Made by a program: the position numbers and the translations under genes. From Basidiobolus meristosporus CBS 931.73 (Eukaryota > Fungi > Basidiobolomycota): a stretch of 64,000 bases of DNA. Below, piece after piece: positions 11,513 through 23,581 of this stretch (its first letter is position 1; every line of letters starts with the position of its first letter). The stretch is taken from NCBI GenBank assembly GCA_002104905.1, contig MCFE01000438.1, positions 11,123 to 75,122 on the forward strand. Direction: 5' to 3'. Under the pieces are notes generated by a model that was not told the origin of the DNA, ran no database searches, and saw only the letters and a list, made by a program, of their open reading frames with translations.

Positions 11513-14500
11513 CTACAAATGGAGTAGCATGGTTGTGTCGTAAGACCCTGCTCCGCCGTTTCCACCACCGTTCCCTCCTGGTCCGGAGGCGCCAGCACCA
11601 GCACCATTTCCGCCAGGCCCTTGGTAGGATGGAGCACCTCCACCACCGTTTCCATTACCTGCTCCGGCTCCATTCTCGCATTCCTCACCAGCTCCAGGTC
11701 CAACTCCTCCTCCATTGCCTCCAGCTGCCGGTCCACTTCCATATCCTGGGCCTCCGCTGTTTCCACCAGGACCTACACCACCACCATTACCGCCTGCCCC
11801 AGGACCTGATCCACCCCCATTTCCACCTGGTCCTGAGCCGTTGCCATGGCCGCCAGCACCATTTCCAGTGTCATAGGCGCTTGGTCCTCCGTTGCCACCT
11901 GACCCGGAGTCTCCACCATTGCCTCCTGGTCCTTCACCTCCACCGTTGCCTCCGGCACCTGGCCCACTACCATAGCCTGGGCCTGAACCTCCCCCGTTCC
12001 CAGGCCCTGAGCCTCCTCCATTACCACCGGCGCCATTGCCAGTATCATAAGAAGTTGGGCCACCATTACCACCGGATCCGGCACCAGCTCCTGGTCCTTC
12101 ACCGCCACCGTTACCTCCAGCTCCGGGGCCGCTACCATATCCTGGACCTGAGCCTCCACCGTTTCCACCAGGCCCTTCGCCACCACCGTTGCCTCCCGGC
12201 CCTGATCCATTGCCATTACCGGTATCATAGGAGGTTGGGCCACCATTACCACCGGATCCAGCACCAGCTCCTGGTCCTTCACTGCCACCGTTACCTCCAG
12301 CTCCGGGGCCGCTACCATATCCTGGACCTGAGCCTCCACCGTTTCCGCCAGGCCCTTCACCACCACCATTGCCTCCCGGCCCTGAGCCATTGCCATTACC
12401 ACCGGCGCCGTTACCAGTATCGTAGGAGGTCGGACCACCATTACCACCAGATCCAGCTCCTGGTCCTTCACCACCACCATTACCGCCAGCACCTGGGCCG
12501 CTACCATATCCTGGGCCTGAATCTCCACCGTTTCCGGGTCCAGAGCCTCCTCCATTACCACCAGGGCCGGAGCCATTGCCACCAGCACCGTTGCCAGTAT
12601 CGTAAGAGGTTGGGCCACCATTACCACCGGATCCAGCACCAGCTCCTGGTCCTTCACCGCCACCATTGCCTCCAGCGCCTGGACCACTTCCATAGCCAGG
12701 TCCTGAGCCACCTCCATTGCCTCCAGCTCCAGGTCCACTACCATAGCCTGGGCCAGAGCCACCGCCATTTCCTGGCCCTGAGTCTCCAGCATTTCCACCA
12801 GAACCGTTTCCTGTATCATAGGAGGTTGGGCCGCCATTACCACCGGATCCAGCACCAGCTCCAGGTCCTTCACCGCCACCATTGCCTCCAGCACCTGGGC
12901 CGCTGCCGTATCCTGGGCCTGAGCCTGCACCATTACCGCCGGGTCCTTCACCTCCACCGTTGCCTCCCGGTCCTAAGCCATTACCATTGCCACCGGCACC
13001 ATTTCCGGTGTCATAGGAGGTTGGACCACCATTGCCACCTGATCCAGCACCAGCTCCTGGTCCCTCACCGCCCCCATTGCCTCCAGTACCTGGACCACTG
13101 CCATATCCTGGTCCTGAGCCTCCACCGTTGCCACCAGCTCCTGGTCCACTACCATATCCTGGTCCTGAACCTCCGCCATTCCCAGGACCAGATCCTCCGC
13201 CGTTGCCGCCAGGCCCTGATCCATTTCCACCAGCGCCGTTTCCAGTATCATAGGAACTTGGGCCACCGTTATCTCCGGATCCAGCTCCTGGTCCTTCACC
13301 GCCACCATTGCCTCCAGCGCCTGGGCCACTTCCATAACCGGGTCCTGAGCCACCTCCATTGCCTCCAGCTCCAGGTCCACTACCATAGCCTGGGCCTGAG
13401 CCACCGCCGTTTCCTGGCCCCGAGTCTCCACCGTTTCCACCAGAACCGTTTCCTGTATCATAGGAGGTTGGGCCGCCATTACCACCGGATCCAGCACCAG
13501 CTCCAGGTCCTTCACCGCCACCATTGCCTCCAGCACCTGGGCCGCTGCCGTATCCTGGGCCTGAGCCTCCACTATTTCCACCAGGTCCTTCGCCTCCACC
13601 AGCTCCAGATCCAGGACCTTCACCTCCGCCGTTGCCTCCTGCGCCGGGCCCACTGCCGTATCCTGGACCTTCACCTCCACCGTTGCCTCCTGCGCCAGGT
13701 CCACTACCATATCCAGGACCAGATCCTCCGCCGTTGCCGCCAGGCCCTGATCCATTTCCACCAGCGCCGTTTCCAGTATCATAGGAACTTGGGCCACCGT
13801 TACCTCCGGATCCAGCTCCTGGTCCTTCGCCACCACCATTACCTCCAGCTCCAGGTCCTGAGTCTCCACCGTTTCCACCAGGGCCTGAGCCACCACCGTT
13901 ACCTCCGGCACCAGGACCACTTCCGTATCCTGGCCCTGATCCACCGCCGTTTCCTGTTGGTCCTTCGCCTCCGCCCAAGCCGCCAGGTCCCCAAATATTG
14001 CTAACATCGTACACGCTGGGTCCAGAAGATCCAGTTCCTGGCCCTACACCACCACCATTACCTCCTACTCCAGGTCCACTACCGTATCCAGGAGCTGAGC
14101 CTCCACCATTGCCTCCGGGTCCTTCACCGCCACCATTGCCTCCAGCACCTGGGCCGCTACCATATCCTGGACCTGAGCCTCCACCATTGCCTCCTGGTCC
14201 TTCACCGCCACCATTGCCTCCAGCACCTGGGCCGCTACCATATCCTGGACCTGAGCCTCCACCGTTTCCTCCAGGACCTTCAGATCCGCCGTTGCCACCG
14301 GCACCATTACCAGTATCGTATGAGGTTGGACCACCATTACCACCGGATCCTGCGCCAGCTCCTGGTCCTTCACCGCCACCATTGCCTCCAGCACCTGGGC
14401 CGCTACCGTATCCTGGACCTGAGCCTCCACCATTGCCTCCGGGTCCTTCACCGCCACCATTGCCTCCAGCACCTGGGCCGCTACCATATCCTGGTCCTGA

Positions 14501-15622
14501 GCCTCCACCATTGCCTCCGGGTCCTTCACCGCCACCATTGCCACCGGCACCATTGCCAATATCGTATGAGGTTGGACCACCATTACCACCGGATCCAGCA
14601 CCAGCTCCTGGTCCTTCACCTCCGCCATTGCCTCCAGCTCCGGGTGCGCTTCCGTATCCTGGACCAGATCCTGGACCAGATCCTGGACCAGATCCTCCGC
14701 CGTTGCCTCCTGCTCCTGGAGCACCTCCATATCCTGGACCTGAGCCTCCACCATTACCTCCGGGTCCAGAGCCATTGCCGTTGCCACCAGCGCCGTTTCC
14801 AGTGTCATATGAGGACGGTCCACCGTTGCCACCGGATCCAGCTCCCGGCCCAGAGCCTCCACCATTGCCTCCAGCTTCTGGGCCACTTCCATATCCTGGA
14901 CCTGAGCCTCCACCATTTCCACCAGGACCTTCACCACCACCGTTGCCTCCAGCTCCTGGGCCACTTCCATATCCAGGACCTGAGCCTCCACCATTACCGC
15001 TGGGGCCTGAGCCATTATCACCAGCACCGTTTCCGGTGTCGTATGAAGATGGTCCACCACTACCGCCGGATCCGGCTCCTGGTCCTGAGCCTCCACCGTT
15101 GCCACCTGCTCCCGGCCCACTACCATATCCTGGGCCAGAGCCTCCACCATTTCCTCCAGGGCCTTCACCCCCTCCGTTTCCTCCAGCTCCTGGTCCGCCG
15201 CCATACCCTGGCCCTGATCCTCCACCATTTCCTCCAGGCCCCTCTCCTCCACCATTGCCTCCGGCTGCTCCACCACTGGCACATTCCTCTTCTTCTTTGC
15301 TGCCAGAACCCGACCCAGGCCCCTCTCCTCCACCATTGCCTGGTCCTCCATAGCCTCCGTTACCACCAGCTCCGGATCCGGAACCTGGTGAACCACCTCC
15401 GCCATTGCCAGGACCTCCATAGCCACCATTACCACCAGCACCAGATCCAGATCCAGGTGCTTCTCCGCCGCCACTTCCTAAACTACCCAAAATATCGGAT
15501 ATATCGTATGCTGGTTTGACTACATCATGGTCTTCGCCGTTGTGACGACGATGTAAAGCCGCACCGTTGATGGCGGAGATACCAGAGAGCAAGAACAAAA
15601 GCTTAGGGGCGGAGATTTTCAT
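11513..15622 (-). CDS. Secreted glycine-rich repetitive structural protein (1369 aa; GPG/GGNGG/GYGS/SYDTG repeats)
   Basis: Single uninterrupted ORF. Signal peptide MKISAPKLLFLLSGISAINGAA and an RR dibasic site precede ~1250 aa of Gly-rich repeats. Synonymous codon variation between repeats supports coding in this frame. TATA box upstream. Confidence 0.9.
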   Translation of the reverse strand: MKISAPKLLFLLSGISAINGAALHRRHNGEDHDVVKPAYDISDILGSLGSGGGEAPGSGSGAGGNGGYGGPGNGGGGSPGSGSGAGGNGGYGGPGNGGGEGPGSGSGSKEEEECASGGAAGGNGGGEGPGGNGGGSGPGYGGGPGAGGNGGGEGPGGNGGGSGPGYGSGPGAGGNGGGSGPGAGSGGSGGPSSYDTGNGAGDNGSGPSGNGGGSGPGYGSGPGAGGNGGGEGPGGNGGGSGPGYGSGPEAGGNGGGSGPGAGSGGNGGPSSYDTGNGAGGNGNGSGPGGNGGGSGPGYGGAPGAGGNGGGSGPGSGPGSGPGYGSAPGAGGNGGGEGPGAGAGSGGNGGPTSYDIGNGAGGNGGGEGPGGNGGGSGPGYGSGPGAGGNGGGEGPGGNGGGSGPGYGSGPGAGGNGGGEGPGAGAGSGGNGGPTSYDTGNGAGGNGGSEGPGGNGGGSGPGYGSGPGAGGNGGGEGPGGNGGGSGPGYGSGPGAGGNGGGEGPGGNGGGSAPGYGSGPGVGGNGGGVGPGTGSSGPSVYDVSNIWGPGGLGGGEGPTGNGGGSGPGYGSGPGAGGNGGGSGPGGNGGDSGPGAGGNGGGEGPGAGSGGNGGPSSYDTGNGAGGNGSGPGGNGGGSGPGYGSGPGAGGNGGGEGPGYGSGPGAGGNGGGEGPGSGAGGGEGPGGNSGGSGPGYGSGPGAGGNGGGEGPGAGAGSGGNGGPTSYDTGNGSGGNGGDSGPGNGGGSGPGYGSGPGAGGNGGGSGPGYGSGPGAGGNGGGEGPGAGSGDNGGPSSYDTGNGAGGNGSGPGGNGGGSGPGNGGGSGPGYGSGPGAGGNGGGSGPGYGSGPGTGGNGGGEGPGAGAGSGGNGGPTSYDTGNGAGGNGNGLGPGGNGGGEGPGGNGAGSGPGYGSGPGAGGNGGGEGPGAGAGSGGNGGPTSYDTGNGSGGNAGDSGPGNGGGSGPGYGSGPGAGGNGGGSGPGYGSGPGAGGNGGGEGPGAGAGSGGNGGPTSYDTGNGAGGNGSGPGGNGGGSGPGNGGDSGPGYGSGPGAGGNGGGEGPGAGSGGNGGPTSYDTGNGAGGNGNGSGPGGNGGGEGPGGNGGGSGPGYGSGPGAGGNGGSEGPGAGAGSGGNGGPTSYDTGNGNGSGPGGNGGGEGPGGNGGGSGPGYGSGPGAGGNGGGEGPGAGAGSGGNGGPTSYDTGNGAGGNGGGSGPGNGGGSGPGYGSGPGAGGNGGGEGPGGNGGDSGSGGNGGPSAYDTGNGAGGHGNGSGPGGNGGGSGPGAGGNGGGVGPGGNSGGPGYGSGPAAGGNGGGVGPGAGEECENGAGAGNGNGGGGAPSYQGPGGNGAGAGASGPGGNGGGNGGAGSYDTTMLLHL
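11560..15470. repeat. Coding tandem repeat array with higher-order block duplications
   Basis: Near-identical blocks, e.g. ~12660-12930 vs ~13300-13570, ~13195-13300 vs ~13725-13830 and ~12100-12200 vs ~12280-12380. Confidence 0.9.
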
Positions 15623-15720
15623 TTTTTAGATAAACAAATTAAAATAAGGACAAACTGTAAGCAGGGAATCAATTGAAAGTTGCTTACTTTCACTGTTGGG
15701 GAATCGTCAAGGCGGGAATG

Positions 15721-15728
15721 CTTTTATA
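15721..15728 (-). promoter_or_regulatory. Putative TATA box (TATAAAAG) of Gly-rich gene
   Basis: Consensus TATAAAAG on the minus strand about 100 nt upstream of the ATG at 15622. Confidence 0.5.
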
Positions 15729-15795
15729 ACTCGTACCGAAGTGCCCGGCCATAATGTAGGTTGAATTAACCCCTTTCGTAGAATTGAAAATCCAA

Positions 15796-16832
15796 TTATG
15801 TTCCTGTTGGATCGGATGCAGGGGAAATTCCCTTCACAATAGTTTCCATCGACCCCTCAACTCTGGAACAGGCGGATCCAAATCCGACCTCGTCGTGACA
15901 GGCAAACCTCATTTGCCAACCCCTTGGAGATGTGTGGGTTTCAGGACGAAATACGCAAAGATTGATCTCCCTCTACTGAATGGCCGCTTCCCCCCCATTT
16001 GCAGCCAAACCACAGTTGCATTGAAGATGGCTTACTGCCATTGAGCAAGCACGAAACAACCTGCTCTGAAGCAGATGACGGCGATGCAGAAAATGGACGT
16101 GGTATGAAAACAATCCCCACCCATCCCCATTGGCCGGCAGGATCCAACCACGTTGAGCATGCAAATGATCTCGTTGTTCTGTTGTCAAGTCTCTCCCCTA
16201 AACAAACCAGATAGGGAAAGGCAATGAAAGCCAGCATGGAATCGGTTATGAGATGGCCGCCTCCTGGCGCTTTTCCCTACTTTGAGTAATTTGATGATAT
16301 CCCATTCGTCATCAGGTAAAACCCATTCCCCAGTACTGTCTAGTGTGCTTACATGCGTTGCAGATGAGCAGTCTAACCACGATTTTGGAAGGTCTGCTCT
16401 TGCCACACGCAGCCATCGTCCATGAGGCGTGCAGCTTGGCTAATGGAAGCCCGGGCTGATCCACTGCTGGATACCCGGATACTTTTCCAATCGGGATCGT
16501 TACAGTTTTGGCTTAGCTATCCAGGTTGCTGAGCCTAGATGCAGATTCCAATCTGAGTCATCGCTCAGATGGGGGCAACTGGGTGAGATGTACGGTGACA
16601 CGTGATGTGTCCCGTCTACCAGGGTGCCTTCGGGGTCCTCTGTTTCCATGGGTGTCCGTCCCAAAGACAGAAGCGCGCTCACCAGCCTGGTTTGAAGGGA
16701 GTGGTCTTCTTGGGAAAACTGCAGGTAGTTGAATTTCTGCTCGAAGGTCGATATCCATCGTCGGGTCCGGGTGAAACGGCGGTTCACTAGCTCAAGGAAC
16801 AGCAACAGTTGCTGCCGCTTACCGGGTTCCAT
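15796..16832 (-). CDS. Hypothetical protein, predicted 4 exons (~273 aa)
   Basis: Exons 16832-16504, 16434-16281, 16197-16036 and 15972-15796 join in frame through GT-AG introns of 69, 83 and 63 nt. The first acceptor is weak. No family recognised. Confidence 0.55.
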
Positions 16833-16984
16833 CTTCCCAGGTGCCCCTATGATAAGAGGCTTTTAGTTCCATTCCTTGGTCACGTGTCCGGGATGGTACT
16901 CAGTCATCCCGGTTAACACTGGCACATAGATGATTGCCAATGAATCAGGCGGTGAGCAGAGTTGAATGGAGTGATGCATCTTGT

Positions 16985-18340
16985 ATATTATAACGGTCTC
17001 CTGATGGGATTGTGACGGCTGATCTGAATTGGATCCACCCACGGGGCCAAATTATGTTTCATAGGGTGCCCTTTTGACATGACTTTTGTGGCAACCCTTC
17101 AGCTGTATGCCATTGTTCATTCACTAATTTCCATATATCCTGGTCTTCAGCCAGCTCTATAAGGTCAAGCACCTCATTTGCCAATTCTTGCAATAAATCC
17201 TTGCAATATTCCAGTGCATTTTCTTGAGCACTGCTCTTGAAGAAGTACTGCAACCTTTTGCTGTCCCAGTTATTGCTCCAAAATTCCACTGTAGGCATTG
17301 TGATGGTCTTCTGAGTTCCTGCCATTGTTGCTTTGTCTGTCTGTGAGATCTCTGCTCTGTCTACAATTGGGGATGTGGAGGCTATGGTAAATAAAGTGCC
17401 TCTCTCTGCAAACTCATCTACCTCACTAGAATGTAGCTCAACTAGCTGCACCTCCAACTCCTGAGAAAGCAGCTGTAGTCTTGTTGGTATTTCTTCTTGG
17501 CTATCATGGGATTCAGCCTATTCCAGGCTTGTGACATTAATTAGTGAGTACTGCAGCTTCTTTCTTATGCTTCCCTGTCTCTGGCTTGGTTATACTTTTC
17601 CCCTTTACCCTTTCCTTTATCAATGCCAGATCTTTCACTGTTACTTTGTCTGAGTGCTTCTAGTATTGATCTATGTTTTCTCCTTGATAAATGCTGCACT
17701 GGTGAGTCTATTTCTGCCTGCTGTCCCTTACTAGCACTAATTGAAATCATAACATTGTGTAGAAGGTCAATAGTTTCAAGCTGATGGCCTTATGACAGCC
17801 TCAGTGCAGGATCATGATGGCTAATTTGGATAGGATCAATACATGGGACCAAATTATATTTCATAGTAATATATCTTCTAAGCACAAGCTTAGTGGTCAC
17901 TACCTTCTCTACCAAAAGCCACTAAAGACTTAGGTCCCACTACTCAGGGTCATTGAGGCTATCAGGATTGCATCCAAAAAATTGCCCCAAAGTAATCGCA
18001 CCTTGAATTTCACAAAAAACCTAGTCAGAGTTCTTAACCTCAATAGGTCCTAAGTTATTTTTGATCAGCTGTCTTCCATATCTCTTACTTTCTGATCCAA
18101 GACCCTCAGTCATCTCCTTCTAGTGTATATTGATTGGATAGTGTCTTTTTTTGACATTCCTTACTTACAGACTTGACTAGTACTCTTGCTTATCATGTAT
18201 ATGGACTATCTTATGCTCCATGAATCTTGAGATGTGACTCACCTGTAGATCAAGCATTTGTAAGCAAATCTCTATTCCCAGCAATATCACTGAGCCCAAC
18301 CCACACTCAACAAGAAACTCCACCAAAGCTTACCATCTAA
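16985..18340 (-). pseudogene. Degenerate fragments of the uncharacterised ORF associated with the CACTA-like element
   Basis: 17059-17457 (FFKSSAQENALEYCKDLLQELANEVLDL..LAEDQDIW) matches 33176-33502 and 34260-34859. 18240-18335 resembles the same ORF's 3' end. Confidence 0.65.
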
Positions 18341-18341
18341 T

Positions 18342-21300
18342 TGTTGTAAAAACTTCCAATTCCACCTAAATATCTGCCTAGCACTGTCACTTAGTAATTG
18401 CCTACATATCAAAGATAATAACTGACCAAATTTCCAGTTGGGACTTAACTGGAATATTTTCACCAACATATCAGGTAAGCAGAACATGGAAATTATCAAA
18501 GTTGCACATATGCTCTTGAGACCTTCCTGGATCTATTCTACATGCTTGCTATGCCACTAGTATGTAATAGTATAAATACTACATTTACAATCAATAAATC
18601 ATTAGGTGATGACCACATCATATACTTGCACACCCAATCACTTCCAATATCTCCAAGACTCTTACAACAGATTATGAGCCCCAAGCTGTCATTCTTTGCA
18701 ATGTCAACCACTGCATTATTGGAATCCTCCATCTTCTGAAGAGTTGGATGGATATAACTACCAAGTGTAGTAGGTTTAGATGAAGATGCTGCTACAAGAA
18801 AGAGGACTTTGAGATATTGCCATGGGAGAAGAATGCCCTCCTAATGACATGGGAGATGAAGTGCTAAAGTACCAGAAGAAAGAACAAAGTGCCCTTGACT
18901 GTTATAAAAGTTTGTAATTCCACCTAAATATTTACCTAACTTAGTCACTTATATCATTACCTTCAAATCCTAAAGAATACTGACTAAATTCCTTGTTGGG
19001 ATTTACTTAGAATATTTTCACCAAAATACCAGGTACCCAGAACATGAAAATTTACAAAGTTTTCCATACTGCCCCAAACTTTGCAAACTTGTTCTTGGGA
19101 CCTTCCTTAGCCTATTCTATGTGTTTGTTATGCCAAGACCATGTAAAAGTATAAATACTAATTTTACATTCAATATATCATTAAGTGAAAACCACATAAT
19201 CTACTTGTCCTCCCAATCACTTCTGATACCTCCAAGACTCTTACAACATTAACCGCATTTGCTTTAATGCTAAAGATAAACTGCCAATTCAAGTGCAAAA
19301 AAAACAAAGAATGCCTAGAAGGCACTAGAAGATACCTTCAAGTCATGTTCAGCTGCTAACAGAATATGCTGTAGACAATAACTCTTTACAACAAAGACCA
19401 TACCAGTAGAAGAAACAAAAAACTCAATCAAGAGAATTACTCTGCTGGTGCATGAAATGGAATCTGTGGGCATACCAGCTACTGATGAGGATGTGATAGT
19501 TACCATCCCACATAGCCTGACAGATGAATTTCAGGGCCTTTTATCAGCCCTAGAGTCCAGAACTGAAGATTTGACCCTATAATATATATATGGAAGGCTC
19601 CTGGATGAAGAATTAAGAAAATAAAGCACACACAAGAAGAAAGAACAAATGTTCTAACAAGCAATGATAACCAACAAAGGAGGTACCTAAGATCCTTTAA
19701 AGACAATAGCAACCTGTTCTTCAACTACTGCAGAGGACAAGGACACACATCAGACTGGTGCTTCAAAAAGTGAGATAGTCAGGAGAAAAGCCTATATATG
19801 TGAATGCTGAAACAATAGAAGATAGACTGTTTATATCTGCACTAAATATGACCACAAGCAAGGGTTCTCAGACATGGTAAGTTGACTCTGGAGCATCTCA
19901 ACATTTTGCACAACAAAAAAAGCTTTACCCAACATCAAGAAATTCCAATCAAGAAGGTTTTCTTGGGTGACAATAGAACACTTGATGCAGTGGGAGAAGG
20001 AACTAACCAAGTAAGTCCTAAAAGCAGTGAAGGGAACCGTACACTAACCTTCAAAGAAGTGCTCTCTGTACCAGAAATAGCCAAGAACCCACTATATGTA
20101 AGCAAGGCAACAGCAGAAGAACTCAGTTTCAGCTATTCAATCTTAGATGCAGGATCACTGACCAAAATAATGCCCATATTGCTTTAGATTTCAGGGATCA
20201 GAATCTACACAAATTAACTTACATACCATCATATCTGAAAGCCAGTCTAAGTAACTTCAATGAAGAATTAGCAGTGCTTAGGCACAGGAGATTTGGACAA
20301 ATCAATTTTGATTATTTCACAAGATGATCAAAGATCAGCTAATTTCTAGTGTAAAAGTTAATATCTGAGCTAATTTAAAGCACTGTAAAGCCTGCATATA
20401 CAGAAAATATGTCAGATAGCTGCTCAAGAGCTTGGGGTTAGTCATAACTAAGAAAAATTAGATCAATATTGCTCATATCTGTGTGGACCTATGCAATATT
20501 AATTCTTTGGCAGAATAAAGTATTTATTCACTTTTGTTGATGATTATAGAAGATATATTTGGGTATACTTCAGAGAGAGAAAGGAAGAAGCTCTGTCAAA
20601 GGTCAGGGAGCTTAAAGCCATTATGGAGAGAGAAACTGGTGGAAATATCTGGAAATATGCTCTGACAATGGTAGAGAGTGTACCCCAAAACCTTTCATCC
20701 ACTTCTGCAGAATTAATTGGATAAAGCAAGAGATTGTTGTACCATACTCCCCACAGCTAAATGGAGCAGCTGAATGTATAAACAGATCAATAACTGATAT
20801 GGGAAGATCTGTGATTCATGATCAAAATTATTGTATGTTTTGTGTACAGAATCAGTTGCCCCAACTGTACACCTTAAATATAGGAGTTATAACAGAATAC
20901 TTTGTGATTCAACTTTATTTGAAGCATGATAATAATACAGACCAAGTGCAGAACATCCAAGAATATTTGGGTGCACAGCATATGCAAAGTAGCTGCATAC
21001 AAATCAGTCAAAATTTGAGCCAAAAAGTGTAAAATATATGTTTTTGGGCTGCTGAAACAAAAGTAAAGCATACAGACTCTCAAATAATAGAGCAAAAAAG
21101 CTGACCAACACCAAGGATGTGTTGTTTGATAAAAACTCAAATCTTCATAAAAAATGACATCAGATGATGATTTAAATCTGAACTCTATTCCAGCAATAGT
21201 CAGCATCAAATTGGAGCAAAAGAATGCAAGTATTTTCACTTTAGATGACTCTACAGCTATGGTTCAGCCTGAATTAGTGCTCAGCAATATCCTAGAAGTG

Positions 21301-21620
21301 ATCATTCCTATATCACAAAGTAGGAGATTCAACCAGACAAGAAATAGCCCCAACTACTATATCAATGAGGGTACAAACCTAGCCTATGCCTATTCAGTCC
21401 ATATTAATGAGCCCCGTACTGTAAAAGAAGCCCTATATAGCCCTCAGAAAGAGTTTTGGAGATCTGCACAGACTGAGGAATATCTGACCCTGATGGAAAA
21501 TCAAACTTGGAATTTAGTCTACCTACCAGTCAATAATGTAAAAACTACATTTTTGTATGGAAAACTTGATGAGGACATGTATATAAACCAGCCTGATGGG
21601 CTTATTGACTAAGATAGCAC
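18342..21620 (+). mobile_element. Degenerate Ty1/copia element, family A (5' LTR, gag, PR, IN, start of RT; 3' part lost)
   Basis: LTR 18342-18669 (TGTTGTAA...TTACAACA) and PBS-like GATTATGAGCCCC. Fragments of gag, protease (DSGASQH-like region ~19880), WHRRFG pre-integrase, integrase and EPRTVKEAL RT linker. Many stops and frameshifts. Confidence 0.85.
18900..19248 (+). mobile_element. Solo LTR, Copia family A, inserted in gag
   Basis: Homologous to 18342-18669; TG...CA ends; flanks TTGAC/TTAAC (5-bp TSD, 1 mismatch). Confidence 0.8.
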
Positions 21621-22337
21621 TAATCTTGTATGTACTAATGATCAAGTAGTATATGAGGCATTTCAAGCTAAATGAGCCCTTCAACATATCAGAGAAATTT
21701 CAAAGAATTGGCAAGATACTACAGAGTATTGCTACCCTTAGTATATCTCATGGACTCTAATCAATAATCTTAGGCATATGTAACAATACAAATGAAAAGA
21801 CTGGACAAACTGGATATTTATTTATTTGAGTGGCATTCTGAAGCCATTCCTACCAGGAGTACATTAGAAGCACAGGGAGTCATATGTAGACATTGTAGGA
21901 ATATTTATCTGGAAGTGGATCGCCAATGCCAACTTGATGCATCTACAGCTGTTGTGCAAGGAGTTTGTAACCGGAGTTGAGTGGCTATACCACAAGCATA
22001 AAGCTGAACATGTAGATCTCTGCTGCTACTGATTACATTCTCTACACTGCCTTGCATGGTGTGTGGAGAACATTAGGCCTTGCTGCACCTTTTGTGAGTT
22101 TCCCATGGAGCAGATGTGTTGGGAGATAGGAAGATGATTCAAACTGCAGATACTAGACTTGTTCCGTTGGATAGTGCCACATAGTGCCAGCCGGTTTATA
22201 GTGCCGGATCAATCTGGCACTCTACGGCACTATCTGGCACTATAATTTCTACCATGATGCCAGTGGTATGATACAGTTACTGGTAATTTTACTCAATCTT
22301 ACTTATGTTGCTCAGAATAGTGCTTTCCTTGCTTTAT

Positions 22338-23222
22338 TTACTCTTCATAATGCTCCAGACACATTTCTCTCAGTGGATGTCTTCTTGTATGAACATACTG
22401 TGCATTAATAAGTATCTTAACTATTTTACCTATTCTGCTGTTTTCACCTATATATGACTTTCCTCTGTATTTACCTGCCAATACGCTGAATCTCTTCAGA
22501 TATCCAAATGTGTGCTCTACCCTTACTCTGAAATGATTAAATATCTCATTGTAGAGCTTCTGCTTCCTGCTAAGCACACCATTCCTTGGCTTCCTATAAG
22601 CTGTAATACATCCTAATCTCTGACAATCCTCTCCTATATAGGCCAAGTCTGCCATACATTTCTCCCCTCTACTGAATTCAGGATGATTCTCTACCCAGAG
22701 TGCTTTGTCATGCCTACTTCCAGCAAATGGCCCACTAAACCAGATGATGTTACCCTCAATGTCAGACAGTGCTTGAAACTTCACACAGTGTGCCTTGTAC
22801 TTGCCAGAATAAAAGTGCCTCTGCTCTCTAGAAGGTCTGTTAATCCTCACTGTGAAGGTATCCAAAATACTCCTGATATGGAACCTGTTGCTGAACACTC
22901 TGGGATATGGAAGTCTATTGGAGCTTCTGAACCTAGTATTCCAAGCTTGCTCTAAGTCATTCATACCCTCTGCAAGGTGGTTCTCCATTGCTGTCAGCTG
23001 GGAATGAAAGCTTCTAGGACTTTTGTTGCCATGGATGGTGGGATGAAACCTTGTAGGGCAATAGTTCTTGTAATAGCAGAGAAGCTTAACAAGGGATCTC
23101 CTTGAGTAGATTGGGGTTGATGGTCCACAGTACTTGGAATAGATCTCCTCCAGTGTGTCAAAAGGAAATTCAGTGGTAGTGATGGGATTGATGAGAAAAG
23201 ACCATTCAGATGAGTAAGTCAT
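22338..23222 (-). CDS. DDE_Tnp_4 (HARBI1/PIF-type) transposase
   Basis: Intact 294-aa ORF with ILDTF..RINRP, FYSGKYKAHCVKFQ, GPFAGSRHD, MADLAY, YRKPR, YN..F...RVRVEHTFG.LKRF (D-D-E triad). Confidence 0.92.
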   Translation of the reverse strand: MTYSSEWSFLINPITTTEFPFDTLEEIYSKYCGPSTPIYSRRSLVKLLCYYKNYCPTRFHPTIHGNKSPRSFHSQLTAMENHLAEGMNDLEQAWNTRFRSSNRLPYPRVFSNRFHIRSILDTFTVRINRPSREQRHFYSGKYKAHCVKFQALSDIEGNIIWFSGPFAGSRHDKALWVENHPEFSRGEKCMADLAYIGEDCQRLGCITAYRKPRNGVLSRKQKLYNEIFNHFRVRVEHTFGYLKRFSVLAGKYRGKSYIGENSRIGKIVKILINAQYVHTRRHPLREMCLEHYEE

Positions 23223-23581
23223 ATTAAAATTGATGGATGATTGTATGGAGGCGGTTTGAATCGATTTGGCGCAATCTGCGTTATTTATCTGATTTTAAAC
23301 ACATTATGGTTAAATCTCCATCAATTGCCATGTATCCCATCATTATGTCGCAAAAATCATCCGCAAACAATGCCTTGGTACTTTTATTGATGCTTTAATC
23401 ATAGGTCTATAATCAAATAGGAAATCTGCGATTGATGTGATCTGATCCGTGTCAACGCGATCCAAGATGCATCATGCATAATATATGGAAAATTCAACAA
23501 TCACATTAGTTTTCATATATATTTCATATAAGACCAGGTTGATGCCAATATACTGCTGTATAAGTATCCAAATCCGTTGCT

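Noticed and set aside
11560-15470. GYGS motif resembling bacterial ice-nucleation repeats; CRISPR-like periodicity
   Set aside because: No 16-residue AGYGSTxT periodicity or TxT ladder; the repeats are coding with no unique spacers.
11533-15519. Very long extensin-like (PPPLPPAPGP) and His/Arg-rich ORFs on the + strand, and V/A/E/Q-rich ORFs in another - frame
   Set aside because: Shadow frames of GGN/CCN-rich repeats. They are broken by stops generated by synonymous changes, and lack a signal peptide or promoter, whereas the Gly frame is unbroken.
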